From a virus (Duplodnaviria; Caudoviricetes), in the IMG/VR virus record IMGVR_UViG_3300027751_000967, positions 1-34,758 of that record: 34,758 nt of DNA; one strand, given 5' to 3'. The notes beneath the pieces are model-generated. The model worked only from the letters and a program-made list of their open reading frames with translations, did not search any database and was not told the origin of the DNA. Made by a program: the position numbers and the translations under genes. Below, in pieces: positions 15,790 to 24,692 of this stretch; within the stretch, counting starts at the first letter, position 1; each line of letters starts with the position of its first letter.

Positions 15790-17499
15790 TTATGCAATCT
15801 CACTGAAGTTTTTTACCTTCGTAAATGTGATAGAAGTATCAAACTTCTCAGCGAACTGATCGCCTCTGTGTGATATAACAAATACGTTATCATCAGCATT
15901 CAGACTGTGTAACGTTTCAATTAGACTTTCGATACCTACACTATCAAGTGCACCATCCAAAGTCTCGTCAAGTATCAGAAGGTTAGTAGATACTGAATTA
16001 CGTAGCTTAGCAACTGATCGCCATGTTAGCATAATTGCAAGTGTGATACGTAGTTTCTCACCTTCTGAGAAAGAAGCATAAGAGAACTTATCACGGAAAC
16101 GAGATTTGATTACCTCATTAAAGTTCTCATCAAGTTGAAAGTCAACAAAGAGATCAAACGCTGCTAGATACTTATTGATCAGCTTGTTCATAACAGGGAT
16201 ATACTGACTGATGATTCTTGCTTTGATACCACCATCTTGTAGTATTGTTTTCACTACATTCAATATCTCTCGTTCTTCGAGAAGATCTGTTCTCTCTTGA
16301 TGTTTCTTTACTAGTGCTTCTTCTAATTTCTGCAGCTTAGACGTATCGACTTCTTCAACTTCTTTCTGAGCGTTATCTAATTCTCTCTTCATAGAAGATA
16401 GAGCATTCTTAGACATTTTGATTTCAGCACGATATTCTGATATCTTAAAATTAACAGACTGAATTTGATCTTCGATTTTAGATATTGAGTTGAGCCTTTG
16501 CTGATGTTCTTTGATAGTTTCTGCTACAGTTACAAGACCACTTTCAATGTCTGCTTTCAGTGTGTTCTTTTCTGATATTTGTTCTGCTTTAAAATCATGA
16601 GCAATACCTTGTTTACATGTTGGGCAGTCGTCGTTGTGTTCGTAGAACGATAACTCTTTTTCAAATGCAATACGGTTACGCTCTAGTTCAGCACGTTTTT
16701 CTGTAGCAGTTTGGAATTTCTTTTTCTCATCAGGCTTATCTGAGATGTCGTCATATAATACTTTAAGTATATCGTCTTGTGCATCAATGAGATCATTCTT
16801 TCCTTCAACAATATCAATCTCACCAACCATTCTCTCTTTAATCTTATTGACTTCAGTAGTTTTAATCTTACGAATCTCTTCGTCATGCTCTTTAGCACTT
16901 TCGATCTTAGTATCGTTGAGTTCAATCTGATAAGCGTTTTCGTTAATCTCATCCCGATTATCACTTAATGTATTTTTAGCAAGTACTCCCATAGTACTAA
17001 AGACTTGGATATCAAGTAAGTCTTCGATAATAATACGTCGCTGACCTGCATTGAGTTCCATAAAAGGAATATAGGTAGCTGAGCCTAATACAACGATTTG
17101 ATTGAATGATCTATAATTAATCCCAAGAATAGATTGCTCTAAGAATTGTTGGTAATCTTTCTTAGCAGCGTCTTGGTTAATCATCAAGCCGTCTTGCCAT
17201 ATTTCAAATACAGCTGGTCTCATACCTCGTCTAATCATATAGTTCTTACCACCGGCAGCAAAGTATAACTCTACCAATAGTTCTTTCGTGTTGATCGTAT
17301 TAATCAACTGTACTTTATTGACTTTACGAAAAGGTCTATCGTATAAGCCATAAACGACAGCATCAAGCAGTGTGCTTTTTCCTGCGCCATTAGCGCCACT
17401 AACAAGAGTGGTCGGTTTTGCATCAAAATCGATGGTTGTAAATGTGTTACCCGTTGATAAAATATTCTTATACTTTATCTTTTTGAATGTAATTCTCAT
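15790..17499 (-). CDS. g46: Recombination ATPase gp46 (Rad50/SbcC-like)
   Basis: GANGAGKST, CPTC zinc hook, FSEGEK, LILDE, VISH. Confidence 0.97.
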   Translation of the reverse strand: MRITFKKIKYKNILSTGNTFTTIDFDAKPTTLVSGANGAGKSTLLDAVVYGLYDRPFRKVNKVQLINTINTKELLVELYFAAGGKNYMIRRGMRPAVFEIWQDGLMINQDAAKKDYQQFLEQSILGINYRSFNQIVVLGSATYIPFMELNAGQRRIIIEDLLDIQVFSTMGVLAKNTLSDNRDEINENAYQIELNDTKIESAKEHDEEIRKIKTTEVNKIKERMVGEIDIVEGKNDLIDAQDDILKVLYDDISDKPDEKKKFQTATEKRAELERNRIAFEKELSFYEHNDDCPTCKQGIAHDFKAEQISEKNTLKADIESGLVTVAETIKEHQQRLNSISKIEDQIQSVNFKISEYRAEIKMSKNALSSMKRELDNAQKEVEEVDTSKLQKLEEALVKKHQERTDLLEEREILNVVKTILQDGGIKARIISQYIPVMNKLINKYLAAFDLFVDFQLDENFNEVIKSRFRDKFSYASFSEGEKLRITLAIMLTWRSVAKLRNSVSTNLLILDETLDGALDSVGIESLIETLHSLNADDNVFVISHRGDQFAEKFDTSITFTKVKNFSEIA

Positions 17500-18560
17500 T
17501 ATAGATTAATGGCCTCATGATATAAGTCATCAATTACTTGCTTGACTCGTCCTTTGTCAACTTGTGTCTCAATACTATCAATGTACTGATGCAATATTTC
17601 ACCAGTATCTTTTGTTTCATCTAGTATCTCGTCTACACCAGCACTTTCCAAATTTAGACTATCGTCGATTGCTTTCACATCGACTGCACCACATTCACTC
17701 ATACGACTCATAAAGAGATCATACAAATAAGCGTTGGTACGGTTTTTAACAATAACTTTTACAAAAGTATCTTTATAGATATCGACATCGTAGTTAGCAA
17801 CATCATCAACTGTCCAATCAGAATCATCATAATCTATTTTGTAAAAGACACGGTTAGGATTTTCGATCTTAGTCATGCTTCGATCTTCAGTATCAAATAC
17901 GTGGAAACCACGACTACCATTATAATCAGACCAAGTCATTTCGTAAGGTGCGCCAAGGTATTCAATGTTTCCATACCTAGATGGATGGTGGAAATGACCA
18001 GAGTAAACATTTTCAAAATTAGTAAACACATTCATTTCAGTACCATGAGTACATGGAACACCTTTAAGCATCTCAAAGCCTTTCACTTCAAGGTGGCCCA
18101 TTACAACATCTGCTGTACTTTCGGCTAACATCTTATGGTTATATTCTGCATTCTCTTTATTGATCCAAGGAAGCATTAGGAAAGTAGTATTTCCAATTGT
18201 AAGATGTTCTGCTTTATCTTCATACAAATTAAATTGTTTGAAATCATTTGTTAATAGATTCATGCTATTAACTTCATTGGTATTCGTATAGTAGATATCA
18301 TGATTACCAATTAAACAATGGAAGTCTATATCACGGTCTGCTAAGTGTTGGAAGAAGAAACTTCGGCAACGCTGTAAGCTTACATAGTTGATATACTTTC
18401 TGCGATCAAAGGTATCACCAAGATCGAATACTGTTGTAATATTATGTTCGTCCACATAAGGAAAGAATACTTCCTCAAAGAATTTTCGTTGTACTTCATG
18501 GAATACACGGCTGTCTCCTCTTGCACCGAAATGTAGATCAGTGACGATTGCAATTTTCAT
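17499..18560 (-). CDS. g47: Recombination nuclease gp47 (Mre11/SbcD-like)
   Basis: TDLHFG, LGDTFD, GNHD, GHLE, SGHFH. Confidence 0.97.
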   Translation of the reverse strand: MKIAIVTDLHFGARGDSRVFHEVQRKFFEEVFFPYVDEHNITTVFDLGDTFDRRKYINYVSLQRCRSFFFQHLADRDIDFHCLIGNHDIYYTNTNEVNSMNLLTNDFKQFNLYEDKAEHLTIGNTTFLMLPWINKENAEYNHKMLAESTADVVMGHLEVKGFEMLKGVPCTHGTEMNVFTNFENVYSGHFHHPSRYGNIEYLGAPYEMTWSDYNGSRGFHVFDTEDRSMTKIENPNRVFYKIDYDDSDWTVDDVANYDVDIYKDTFVKVIVKNRTNAYLYDLFMSRMSECGAVDVKAIDDSLNLESAGVDEILDETKDTGEILHQYIDSIETQVDKGRVKQVIDDLYHEAINL

Positions 18561-18561
18561 A

Positions 18562-19176
18562 TTAGTCCTCGCTTGTACTTAAGTCAAGCTTGTTATTTTT
18601 GGCTGTTTCAATCATCTGCTCTTCTCTAAGTTTATTAACGTTGTCAACCCACTGCATAGTAGCTAACATTTTGTTGCGCTGTTTTGTAATTTTTGCTTTC
18701 TTTGTAAGAGCACGATCGTACTTCATTCTTGAAACATGGTCTTTATATACTACACCGTTGAGATGGTCTAACTCATGCATAAAGCATCGAGCACCATAAC
18801 CTTCGAGTAGTCCACTTTGTTTTTCGCCATTCTCATCTAACCATTCTGCCTGAACAGTTTTTGGTCGTTTAACGTGGAGGAATACATCTGGGAAACTCAA
18901 GCAACCTTCAACTTCAAGTTCAGTATCGTTGTCGAACTCTAAAACTTTAGGATTGATTACCATAATAGCAGTATCTTTTGATTCTCCCATAACAAAGCAT
19001 CTCATATCTAAACCAACTTGACAAGCAGATAAGCCGATACCTTTGCGCTTCACCATCATATCAACCATTTGTGATTTTAGATCTGCAGCATCTTCAAATA
19101 TTTGCTTGACCTCTTCAAAATCAAAATCCTTTAGCTCTTTGTTAAGAATAGGATCGGGGTAGTATACTAACTTCAT
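18562..19176 (-). CDS. def: Peptide deformylase
   Basis: GIGLSACQVG, EGCLS, HELDHLNG. Confidence 0.95.
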   Translation of the reverse strand: MKLVYYPDPILNKELKDFDFEEVKQIFEDAADLKSQMVDMMVKRKGIGLSACQVGLDMRCFVMGESKDTAIMVINPKVLEFDNDTELEVEGCLSFPDVFLHVKRPKTVQAEWLDENGEKQSGLLEGYGARCFMHELDHLNGVVYKDHVSRMKYDRALTKKAKITKQRNKMLATMQWVDNVNKLREEQMIETAKNNKLDLSTSED

Positions 19177-19598
19177 AATTTACCTTCTTCTCTCATTTGT
19201 GCACGAATAGATGTTGCAGATATCTTATGGATATCTTCGCCAAGGTCATGTTCTGTAAATGTGTAACCTACTCCACGACCAAAGCTAATGTCAACAATAT
19301 TCGGCACCTCTATAATTAAGTACTCACGGCCATTTTCATAACCATGTTCTCTTAGTCCATTTTCAATACCTTCAATAGTTTGTATCATACCAAACGGATT
19401 ATCGTCCTGTTTGGCTGTACGCCCTGCTCCAGCATCACCTTCATATTTAAAAACGTCTCGTACCATTATAACAACTTGTCCCGTGATTGTCAAGGCTTTT
19501 TTAAATAATTGTGTGTGGCCATCATGCCAAGGCTGCCATCTGCCTAGCATCTGAACCGTTGGCTTTTTATAATCAAAGAATTCTTCTGGATTAATCAT
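19173..19598 (-). CDS. HIGH-family (cytidyltransferase-like) nucleotidyltransferase
   Basis: GRWQPWHDGH, DNPF, ISATSIR. Confidence 0.8.
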   Translation of the reverse strand: MINPEEFFDYKKPTVQMLGRWQPWHDGHTQLFKKALTITGQVVIMVRDVFKYEGDAGAGRTAKQDDNPFGMIQTIEGIENGLREHGYENGREYLIIEVPNIVDISFGRGVGYTFTEHDLGEDIHKISATSIRAQMREEGKL

Positions 19599-19812
19599 TT
19601 CCCTTTACTCCAAATTTAATATGATTATACCATAGCCTTTCGTGGCCGTAGTATAATACAAACTTAATAACTATATCAGCAAGAAATACTGCACCGACTG
19701 CCTTAGTTGGTAATCCAAAGTATAAGGCTATTAAGGCTGTTGTAATACTTGCTATAAATCTCCATGTCACTGCTTTCGCTAAGTGTCTCGCTTTTGTTAC
19801 TCTCTCACTCAT
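19591..19812 (-). CDS. DUF2061-like small membrane protein
   Basis: KAVTWR...LYYGHERLW with two hydrophobic helices. Confidence 0.8.
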   Translation of the reverse strand: MSERVTKARHLAKAVTWRFIASITTALIALYFGLPTKAVGAVFLADIVIKFVLYYGHERLWYNHIKFGVKGND

Positions 19813-20243
19813 TAATCTTCCGTGTCTAACTTAAAAGTAGCTCTAATAATTGCAGCCGTAGTAACATGCACATCAGGTCTAAATGTATGTACAATGTGAT
19901 CTACTGAAGTTGGCTTCTCAAAGATCTTATTAGTATCTTCAAAACGACCTTCTTTAATTGTATCCATCCAAACTGAATAGTCTGGTGCAAAATCAACACG
20001 AGCTTTCTCAAACGGACAAACAAAGTCTGTAATAGCAAACTTACCAGCTCGAACTACACCTTCCGATAGGAACTTCATTCTCAATGCTTGTCTCATACGA
20101 CCTTCATCACTAAAATCCCAGTCGTCATATTGTTCTCTTACCTGGTCAGCGTTTATCCAAACACCTCCAAGCTCTTTTGCCAATGGTTCAGCAAGATAAC
20201 TCTTACCAGATCCTGGCAGACCAAAAATCAAAATCTTCTTCAT
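19812..20243 (-). CDS. Adenylylsulfate-kinase (CysC)-like P-loop kinase
   Basis: GLPGSGKS, NADQVR, DFSDEGR, DFVCP, FEKP. Confidence 0.75.
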   Translation of the reverse strand: MKKILIFGLPGSGKSYLAEPLAKELGGVWINADQVREQYDDWDFSDEGRMRQALRMKFLSEGVVRAGKFAITDFVCPFEKARVDFAPDYSVWMDTIKEGRFEDTNKIFEKPTSVDHIVHTFRPDVHVTTAAIIRATFKLDTED

Positions 20244-20758
20244 TACTTTTCTTCCGGTTTTGTCTCGGATGGTGGTTGCTTCTTAAATTTCTTTTCAAAG
20301 TCATCTATAAATCTGCTTATATACTCAGGCGGTTCGTTCATTGTGATAGTAGGGCCTTCGCCAGTATCAGCAAGGATGCTTTGAGTTAGCATGTTTTGTG
20401 ATGCTTTAAACTTGATATAGGTTTGCTTCTTCTCTTTTTGTATTCGTCTTAGAAATGCAAACCAAATAATCTGTGTAAAATATGCAAATGGGTTTTGGGA
20501 TTTCTCAGGATCAAAATTGTGAAGGTACTGTAAGCAATTCTCAATTCCGTCTGATATCATTTCTTCTTTATATGAGTAGCCTGAAAAGTTTGGTTTGGTT
20601 GCTAGCCTTGTGCCAATCAATAGAATGCACTTTCCAATGTATTCAGGTACTTGTGGGGCTTTTTCTCCTGAAGCTTCAGCGTCGTTACATAGTGTTCTGT
20701 ATGCTACTAATGCTGCAAGCAAATCAGGATTGTTCACGTAGTTGCGTTTTCTCGCCAT
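20243..20758 (-). CDS. g55: Late-transcription sigma factor gp55
   Basis: YVNN, PNFSGYSYKEEMISDGIENC, NPFAYFTQI, AFLRRIQKEK. Confidence 0.96.
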   Translation of the reverse strand: MARKRNYVNNPDLLAALVAYRTLCNDAEASGEKAPQVPEYIGKCILLIGTRLATKPNFSGYSYKEEMISDGIENCLQYLHNFDPEKSQNPFAYFTQIIWFAFLRRIQKEKKQTYIKFKASQNMLTQSILADTGEGPTITMNEPPEYISRFIDDFEKKFKKQPPSETKPEEK

Positions 20759-20835
20759 TATTGAATCCTTTTAATGTTTATTCTATAAAGGTATAAGCTC
20801 TATAGGGTTATGTTTCTCAATTCTTTAAAGGTATA

Positions 20836-20864
20836 ATTATAACACACTTTTGAGGGTTTGTCAA
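20836..20864 (-). promoter_or_regulatory. Sigma70-type promoter for the g55 operon
   Basis: TTGACA-17-TATAAT. Confidence 0.8.
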
Positions 20865-20912
20865 CACTTATTTTATCTTGTTAAATTAAATGAAAATAAA
20901 TGAAAAAAACAG

Positions 20913-20941
20913 TTGACAAATGGTACGAAGTATGGTATAAT
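20913..20941 (+). promoter_or_regulatory. Orphan sigma70-type promoter pointing antisense into uvsW
   Basis: TTGACA-17-TATAAT with extended TG and an A-rich upstream element. Confidence 0.7.
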
Positions 20942-20980
20942 AAGGTTATCAACCTTTAAGGCACATAATAGTTGTACTAA

Positions 20981-22471
20981 TCAAACCTCTATAGTATAAA
21001 TCTTGTATGCAAATTGTTCTGTTCCGTAGATTTCAATTCGCTTCTTAAAATGCTTCAACGTGTAGTTCTCGAAAGAGCCGACCGATAGGTCGTCCGTTAT
21101 ATCATATAGAGTAGCTTGCTCCGAGTCCTCAGCCTTCCTTAAAGTTCTACCAATTGATTGTAGCACCTTAATTTCAGATTTTGAGCCAGTAGCAAATATC
21201 ACATTATCCAATCTTTTCAAATTAACACCCGTAGAGAATACTCCGTAGGAAGCAAGTATGTCATGTCGCTTCTCTGGGTCATTTTCTATTAAGTGTCTAA
21301 TTTCTTCTCGTTCGGTGCCTTTAGTACCACCGTAGATAAAATGTAGTACACGACCTTCCTTGCGAAGCATCGGTTCAAGCACCTTACCATGTTTTTCAAC
21401 TAAATCAAACAGAACTAGGTTGTTCTGTCCCTTTAGAGACCATAACAAATTTCTTATAAAAAGATTTCTCTTTTCATTATTAACAATAAACTCTCGTTCA
21501 GCTGGCCATTTCTTTGTGCCATCTAAATTCTTGAGCGCATCTTTAAACTTCTTGCGGGTTTCGACACTATGGGATAGTACGATCGCCTTCACTTTAAAAT
21601 CAGCAACGGTTCCTTTATCCATGAGTTCTTTTGTATTCACAAATCGTTTGACTTCGCCAAAGCAACCTTCTAATACAAGCCGATGTGTTTTACTTTCAGC
21701 TGATTTCAGTGTACCAGTAAATCCATGACGATACTCACAGTCTGTTAACTTTTCCATAATAGTAGTTAAACTTTTAGATTGAAACGTATGTGCTTCATCT
21801 CCAAGTACAACTGCAAATTGGTCGAACCAATCTTTTCCTAATTTTACTAGTGACTGCCATGTTGAGATAACAATCGGTGAGCTTGTGTTTTTATCAACAC
21901 CACCTTGAATAGTATAGATATCGTTTTCGTCACAACCATAATCTACAAAGTCACCTTTCATTTGATGTACTAATGAGATAGTTGGAACGATAATTAATGT
22001 ACGATGGCCAAAAGCTTGGAAGTAGTGTTGTTGAATCAAATAGATTATTAAAGACTTACCAGATGATGTCGGTGATAGAGATAAAGATCTACGCTTACGC
22101 AAAGCGTTAAGGACATAGTCGTTTTGATAGTCTCTTGGTAGAAATTTACAATTGATTTCTTTAGCGAGTTGTACAGGGTAGTCATCATCAAAATCCTCGT
22201 CTAATCCTATATGATCTGGAGCAGATAAGAAATATCCACGATCGTCACAGAATTTTTTAATGTGTGGGTAAAGGCCAACGTAGATAGTTGGTCTCATAGG
22301 TTGGAATAGTCTAATAATACCATCCCACATTCTATTCTTATAAGCAGGAACGAATTGATAACCTTCAGGCCTAAAACTAAAGTGCTCAGATAATTCCATG
22401 AGTGTGCCACTGTCTGCGACAATTTTCATATGAACCGAATTAATTGGCTCGATCGTTATCTGTTCGCTCAT
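20981..22471 (-). CDS. uvsW: SF2 helicase UvsW
   Basis: PRDYQ, SPTSSGKS, DEAH, GFTGT, QSIGRTLR. Confidence 0.95.
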   Translation of the reverse strand: MSEQITIEPINSVHMKIVADSGTLMELSEHFSFRPEGYQFVPAYKNRMWDGIIRLFQPMRPTIYVGLYPHIKKFCDDRGYFLSAPDHIGLDEDFDDDYPVQLAKEINCKFLPRDYQNDYVLNALRKRRSLSLSPTSSGKSLIIYLIQQHYFQAFGHRTLIIVPTISLVHQMKGDFVDYGCDENDIYTIQGGVDKNTSSPIVISTWQSLVKLGKDWFDQFAVVLGDEAHTFQSKSLTTIMEKLTDCEYRHGFTGTLKSAESKTHRLVLEGCFGEVKRFVNTKELMDKGTVADFKVKAIVLSHSVETRKKFKDALKNLDGTKKWPAEREFIVNNEKRNLFIRNLLWSLKGQNNLVLFDLVEKHGKVLEPMLRKEGRVLHFIYGGTKGTEREEIRHLIENDPEKRHDILASYGVFSTGVNLKRLDNVIFATGSKSEIKVLQSIGRTLRKAEDSEQATLYDITDDLSVGSFENYTLKHFKKRIEIYGTEQFAYKIYTIEV

Positions 22472-22770
22472 TATAGTTTAACCGCCAATATTACAAGTAT
22501 TGCAGTTAGTAGAATATTTGTGAAAAAGATGCCGATCGCTAATATAGTATGATACCATATCCATCTTGTTTTGTATGCGTTTTCGATAGTAACTTCGTTT
22601 GGGTCTGTATCATCAGCCATTACATCAATGACCTTTGGTTCTGCTTCTGCAGCACGGTCAAGAGCTTGTTCAGTAAGGGTAGCTTGTGTATCTTCCCACT
22701 GACGGTTAGACTCTAGTTTCCAGCCCCATTCTAAAAGTTTATCCCACACTGATCGTTCACCTTTATTCAT
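22471..22770 (-). CDS. Hypothetical protein with a C-terminal transmembrane helix
   Basis: ENAYKTRWIWYHTILAIGIFFTNILLTAILVILAVKL. Confidence 0.7.
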   Translation of the reverse strand: MNKGERSVWDKLLEWGWKLESNRQWEDTQATLTEQALDRAAEAEPKVIDVMADDTDPNEVTIENAYKTRWIWYHTILAIGIFFTNILLTAILVILAVKL

Positions 22771-22786
22771 TGTATATTCCTATTTA

Positions 22787-23224
22787 TTAATAGTCTCCTG
22801 ATTGGAATTTAAGCATATCAATCATGTTCTTAATGATAAAATTACGGCTGTGGATTGTTCTAATAATATCTTCAAGATAATTTGAATTTGCTGAGTGGTA
22901 ATCAATCGTTAAACTAAGCTTAATAATATCTTTGTCTGATTGAATATATTTGTCTACATCTTGACGTAATACTTTTAAACGAAAAGGCTTCCAACCATTA
23001 TCTTTTAAATCTTCTTCAGCCATACTTCCGTCATAGTATTCACGCTTAAGACGCTCAAGCTCTTTATATTCGGCTTTTAATTTTTTAACACGTAGCACTT
23101 CCCTATAGAAAAGGTTGTAGTACTTGCTGTGTAATTGAGGAATTCTTTTAGATTCACCAACTAGATTTGTTTCGTCTATTGCTGAATCAGCTGCCCATAG
23201 AGAGGCAATATCATTTGTGTCCAT
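22787..23224 (-). CDS. uvsY: Recombination mediator UvsY
   Basis: IPQLHSKY, REYYDG, RNFIIKNMID; g3-uvsY-uvsW synteny. Confidence 0.9.
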   Translation of the reverse strand: MDTNDIASLWAADSAIDETNLVGESKRIPQLHSKYYNLFYREVLRVKKLKAEYKELERLKREYYDGSMAEEDLKDNGWKPFRLKVLRQDVDKYIQSDKDIIKLSLTIDYHSANSNYLEDIIRTIHSRNFIIKNMIDMLKFQSGDY

Positions 23225-23254
23225 TATATACTCGCTTGTTATCTATAAAGGTTA

Positions 23255-23283
23255 ATTATATCACGTTTTGTGGTATTTGTCAA
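23255..23283 (-). promoter_or_regulatory. Sigma70-type promoter for uvsY
   Basis: TTGACA-17-TATAAT. Confidence 0.8.
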
Positions 23284-23288
23284 CCCCT

Positions 23289-23777
23289 TTATGATAATTG
23301 CTTAATATCAAATTGGTCGTATCGTATGGTTACTGTTGCTTCAACATAACTAACGTCAGCATTACTTAAGTCTAAACTTACTGGTGTAATACCAACAGGG
23401 AAACAATTTGTGAACGTAGCTTCAATATTTGGATTTTTCTGTGAGTTTAGAATTACGACAGAGATATCTGAAGTCAGACCATCAATACTTTTATTTAGTT
23501 TATCATATGACTCTAAAGTTTCTGGAGTACCAAAGGCTCTTAACCAACTATAGATTTCAATATAGTTGCTCATGTTCTCGTCTACGATGAAAGTCAAATC
23601 TAAATCAGCATAAGAAATGTGATCACCGACACTATAAAAAGAACGCAGTGGCGTCTCGCTCTTAACAGCGTTTGTAGTTACTGAAGGTAATAGAACCTTA
23701 TTAGAAAAGAATTCTACGTGGGGCAACCTTTTGACTTGGATTTTAAAGCCACCAGCAGATAAATAGTTATTAATCAT
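23289..23777 (-). CDS. g3: Tail completion/sheath stabilizer gp3 (tail-tube-like fold)
   Basis: NYLS..GF, LTFIVDENMSNYIEIYSWL, FTNCFP; synteny; ATAAATA upstream at 23808-23814. Confidence 0.8.
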   Translation of the reverse strand: MINNYLSAGGFKIQVKRLPHVEFFSNKVLLPSVTTNAVKSETPLRSFYSVGDHISYADLDLTFIVDENMSNYIEIYSWLRAFGTPETLESYDKLNKSIDGLTSDISVVILNSQKNPNIEATFTNCFPVGITPVSLDLSNADVSYVEATVTIRYDQFDIKQLS

Positions 23778-23832
23778 AATGTATACCTTTAATTTGATGT
23801 ATACGCTTATTTATTAAAAAGGTGACTATAAC

Positions 23833-24531
23833 ATGTTTAATCCCAAATCTTTCAACTTTGAAGTCGACACTGCAGACCTCTCAATCAATGAAGTAACTAA
23901 TCTTCATAACATATTTTTCGTCTCTAAAGATTACGACTGGTGGTACGAGGTTTTACCTGATGATGTCGTAGTTGACATTGGCGCTAGTGTAGGAATGTTC
24001 TCAGCTAAAGCTTTAGACGCTGGTGCTAAGAAAGTTTATATGATCGAACCAAGTAAGAAGCTTTTAAAAACTGCGGTCAAGAATGTGTCCGATTATATTA
24101 TAGGTAACAACGAATTACCAAGAGTCGTTCCAATCAACGCAGCAGTCGGCCGTACTGATATTGATCTATCCAACGTATATGGTAATAATGAAGTAAAGCT
24201 AATGAGCTTATTAGAATTCTGTGTAGATTTTGATGTCGAACAAATTGACTTCTTAAAAATTAACGCAGCTGGTGCAGAATACAATATCTTACACAGAGAT
24301 ATGTTTGATTTTCTAGGAACTAAGGTTCGCCATATAGCAGTACGTTGCCATTTAGATGCTCAGTATGGTAGTATAGATAAATTCAGAGAGTGGCGAGATA
24401 CTGTGTTAAATCCAATGATTGCACTCGGTAGAGTTTATGTTCAAAACGATACGTATATTGAAAAGATTCAAAGCGATCAGTTCGCCGAACTAATGCCAAA
24501 AAGCTTTATGTTGTATATTAAGAATTGGTAG
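23833..24531 (+). CDS. FkbM-family SAM-dependent methyltransferase
   Basis: VVVDIGASVG, MIEP, INAAVG, IDFLKINAAGAEY (canonical KiDvEGaE altered). Confidence 0.75.
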   Translation: MFNPKSFNFEVDTADLSINEVTNLHNIFFVSKDYDWWYEVLPDDVVVDIGASVGMFSAKALDAGAKKVYMIEPSKKLLKTAVKNVSDYIIGNNELPRVVPINAAVGRTDIDLSNVYGNNEVKLMSLLEFCVDFDVEQIDFLKINAAGAEYNILHRDMFDFLGTKVRHIAVRCHLDAQYGSIDKFREWRDTVLNPMIALGRVYVQNDTYIEKIQSDQFAELMPKSFMLYIKNW

Positions 24532-24533
24532 AA

Positions 24534-24692
24534 TTACCAGTTGTGTATGTTACCAGCTATAATAAAGAAGCAGGTGATAAAATTAACAAGAACAATAACA
24601 GTTCGTATTAATGCTATCATATCTGCTTCTTTATCAGATGAGCCTTCTTTTTCGCCAATAGCTTTTGCCCAAAGTCTCCAGTATTTCTTCAT
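24534..24692 (-). CDS. 52-aa membrane peptide, absent from the ORF track
   Basis: MKKYWRLWAKAIGEKEGSSDKEADMIALIRTVIVLVNFITCFFIIAGNIHNW; ATG overlaps the upstream stop (TAATG). Confidence 0.7.
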   Translation of the reverse strand: MKKYWRLWAKAIGEKEGSSDKEADMIALIRTVIVLVNFITCFFIIAGNIHNW

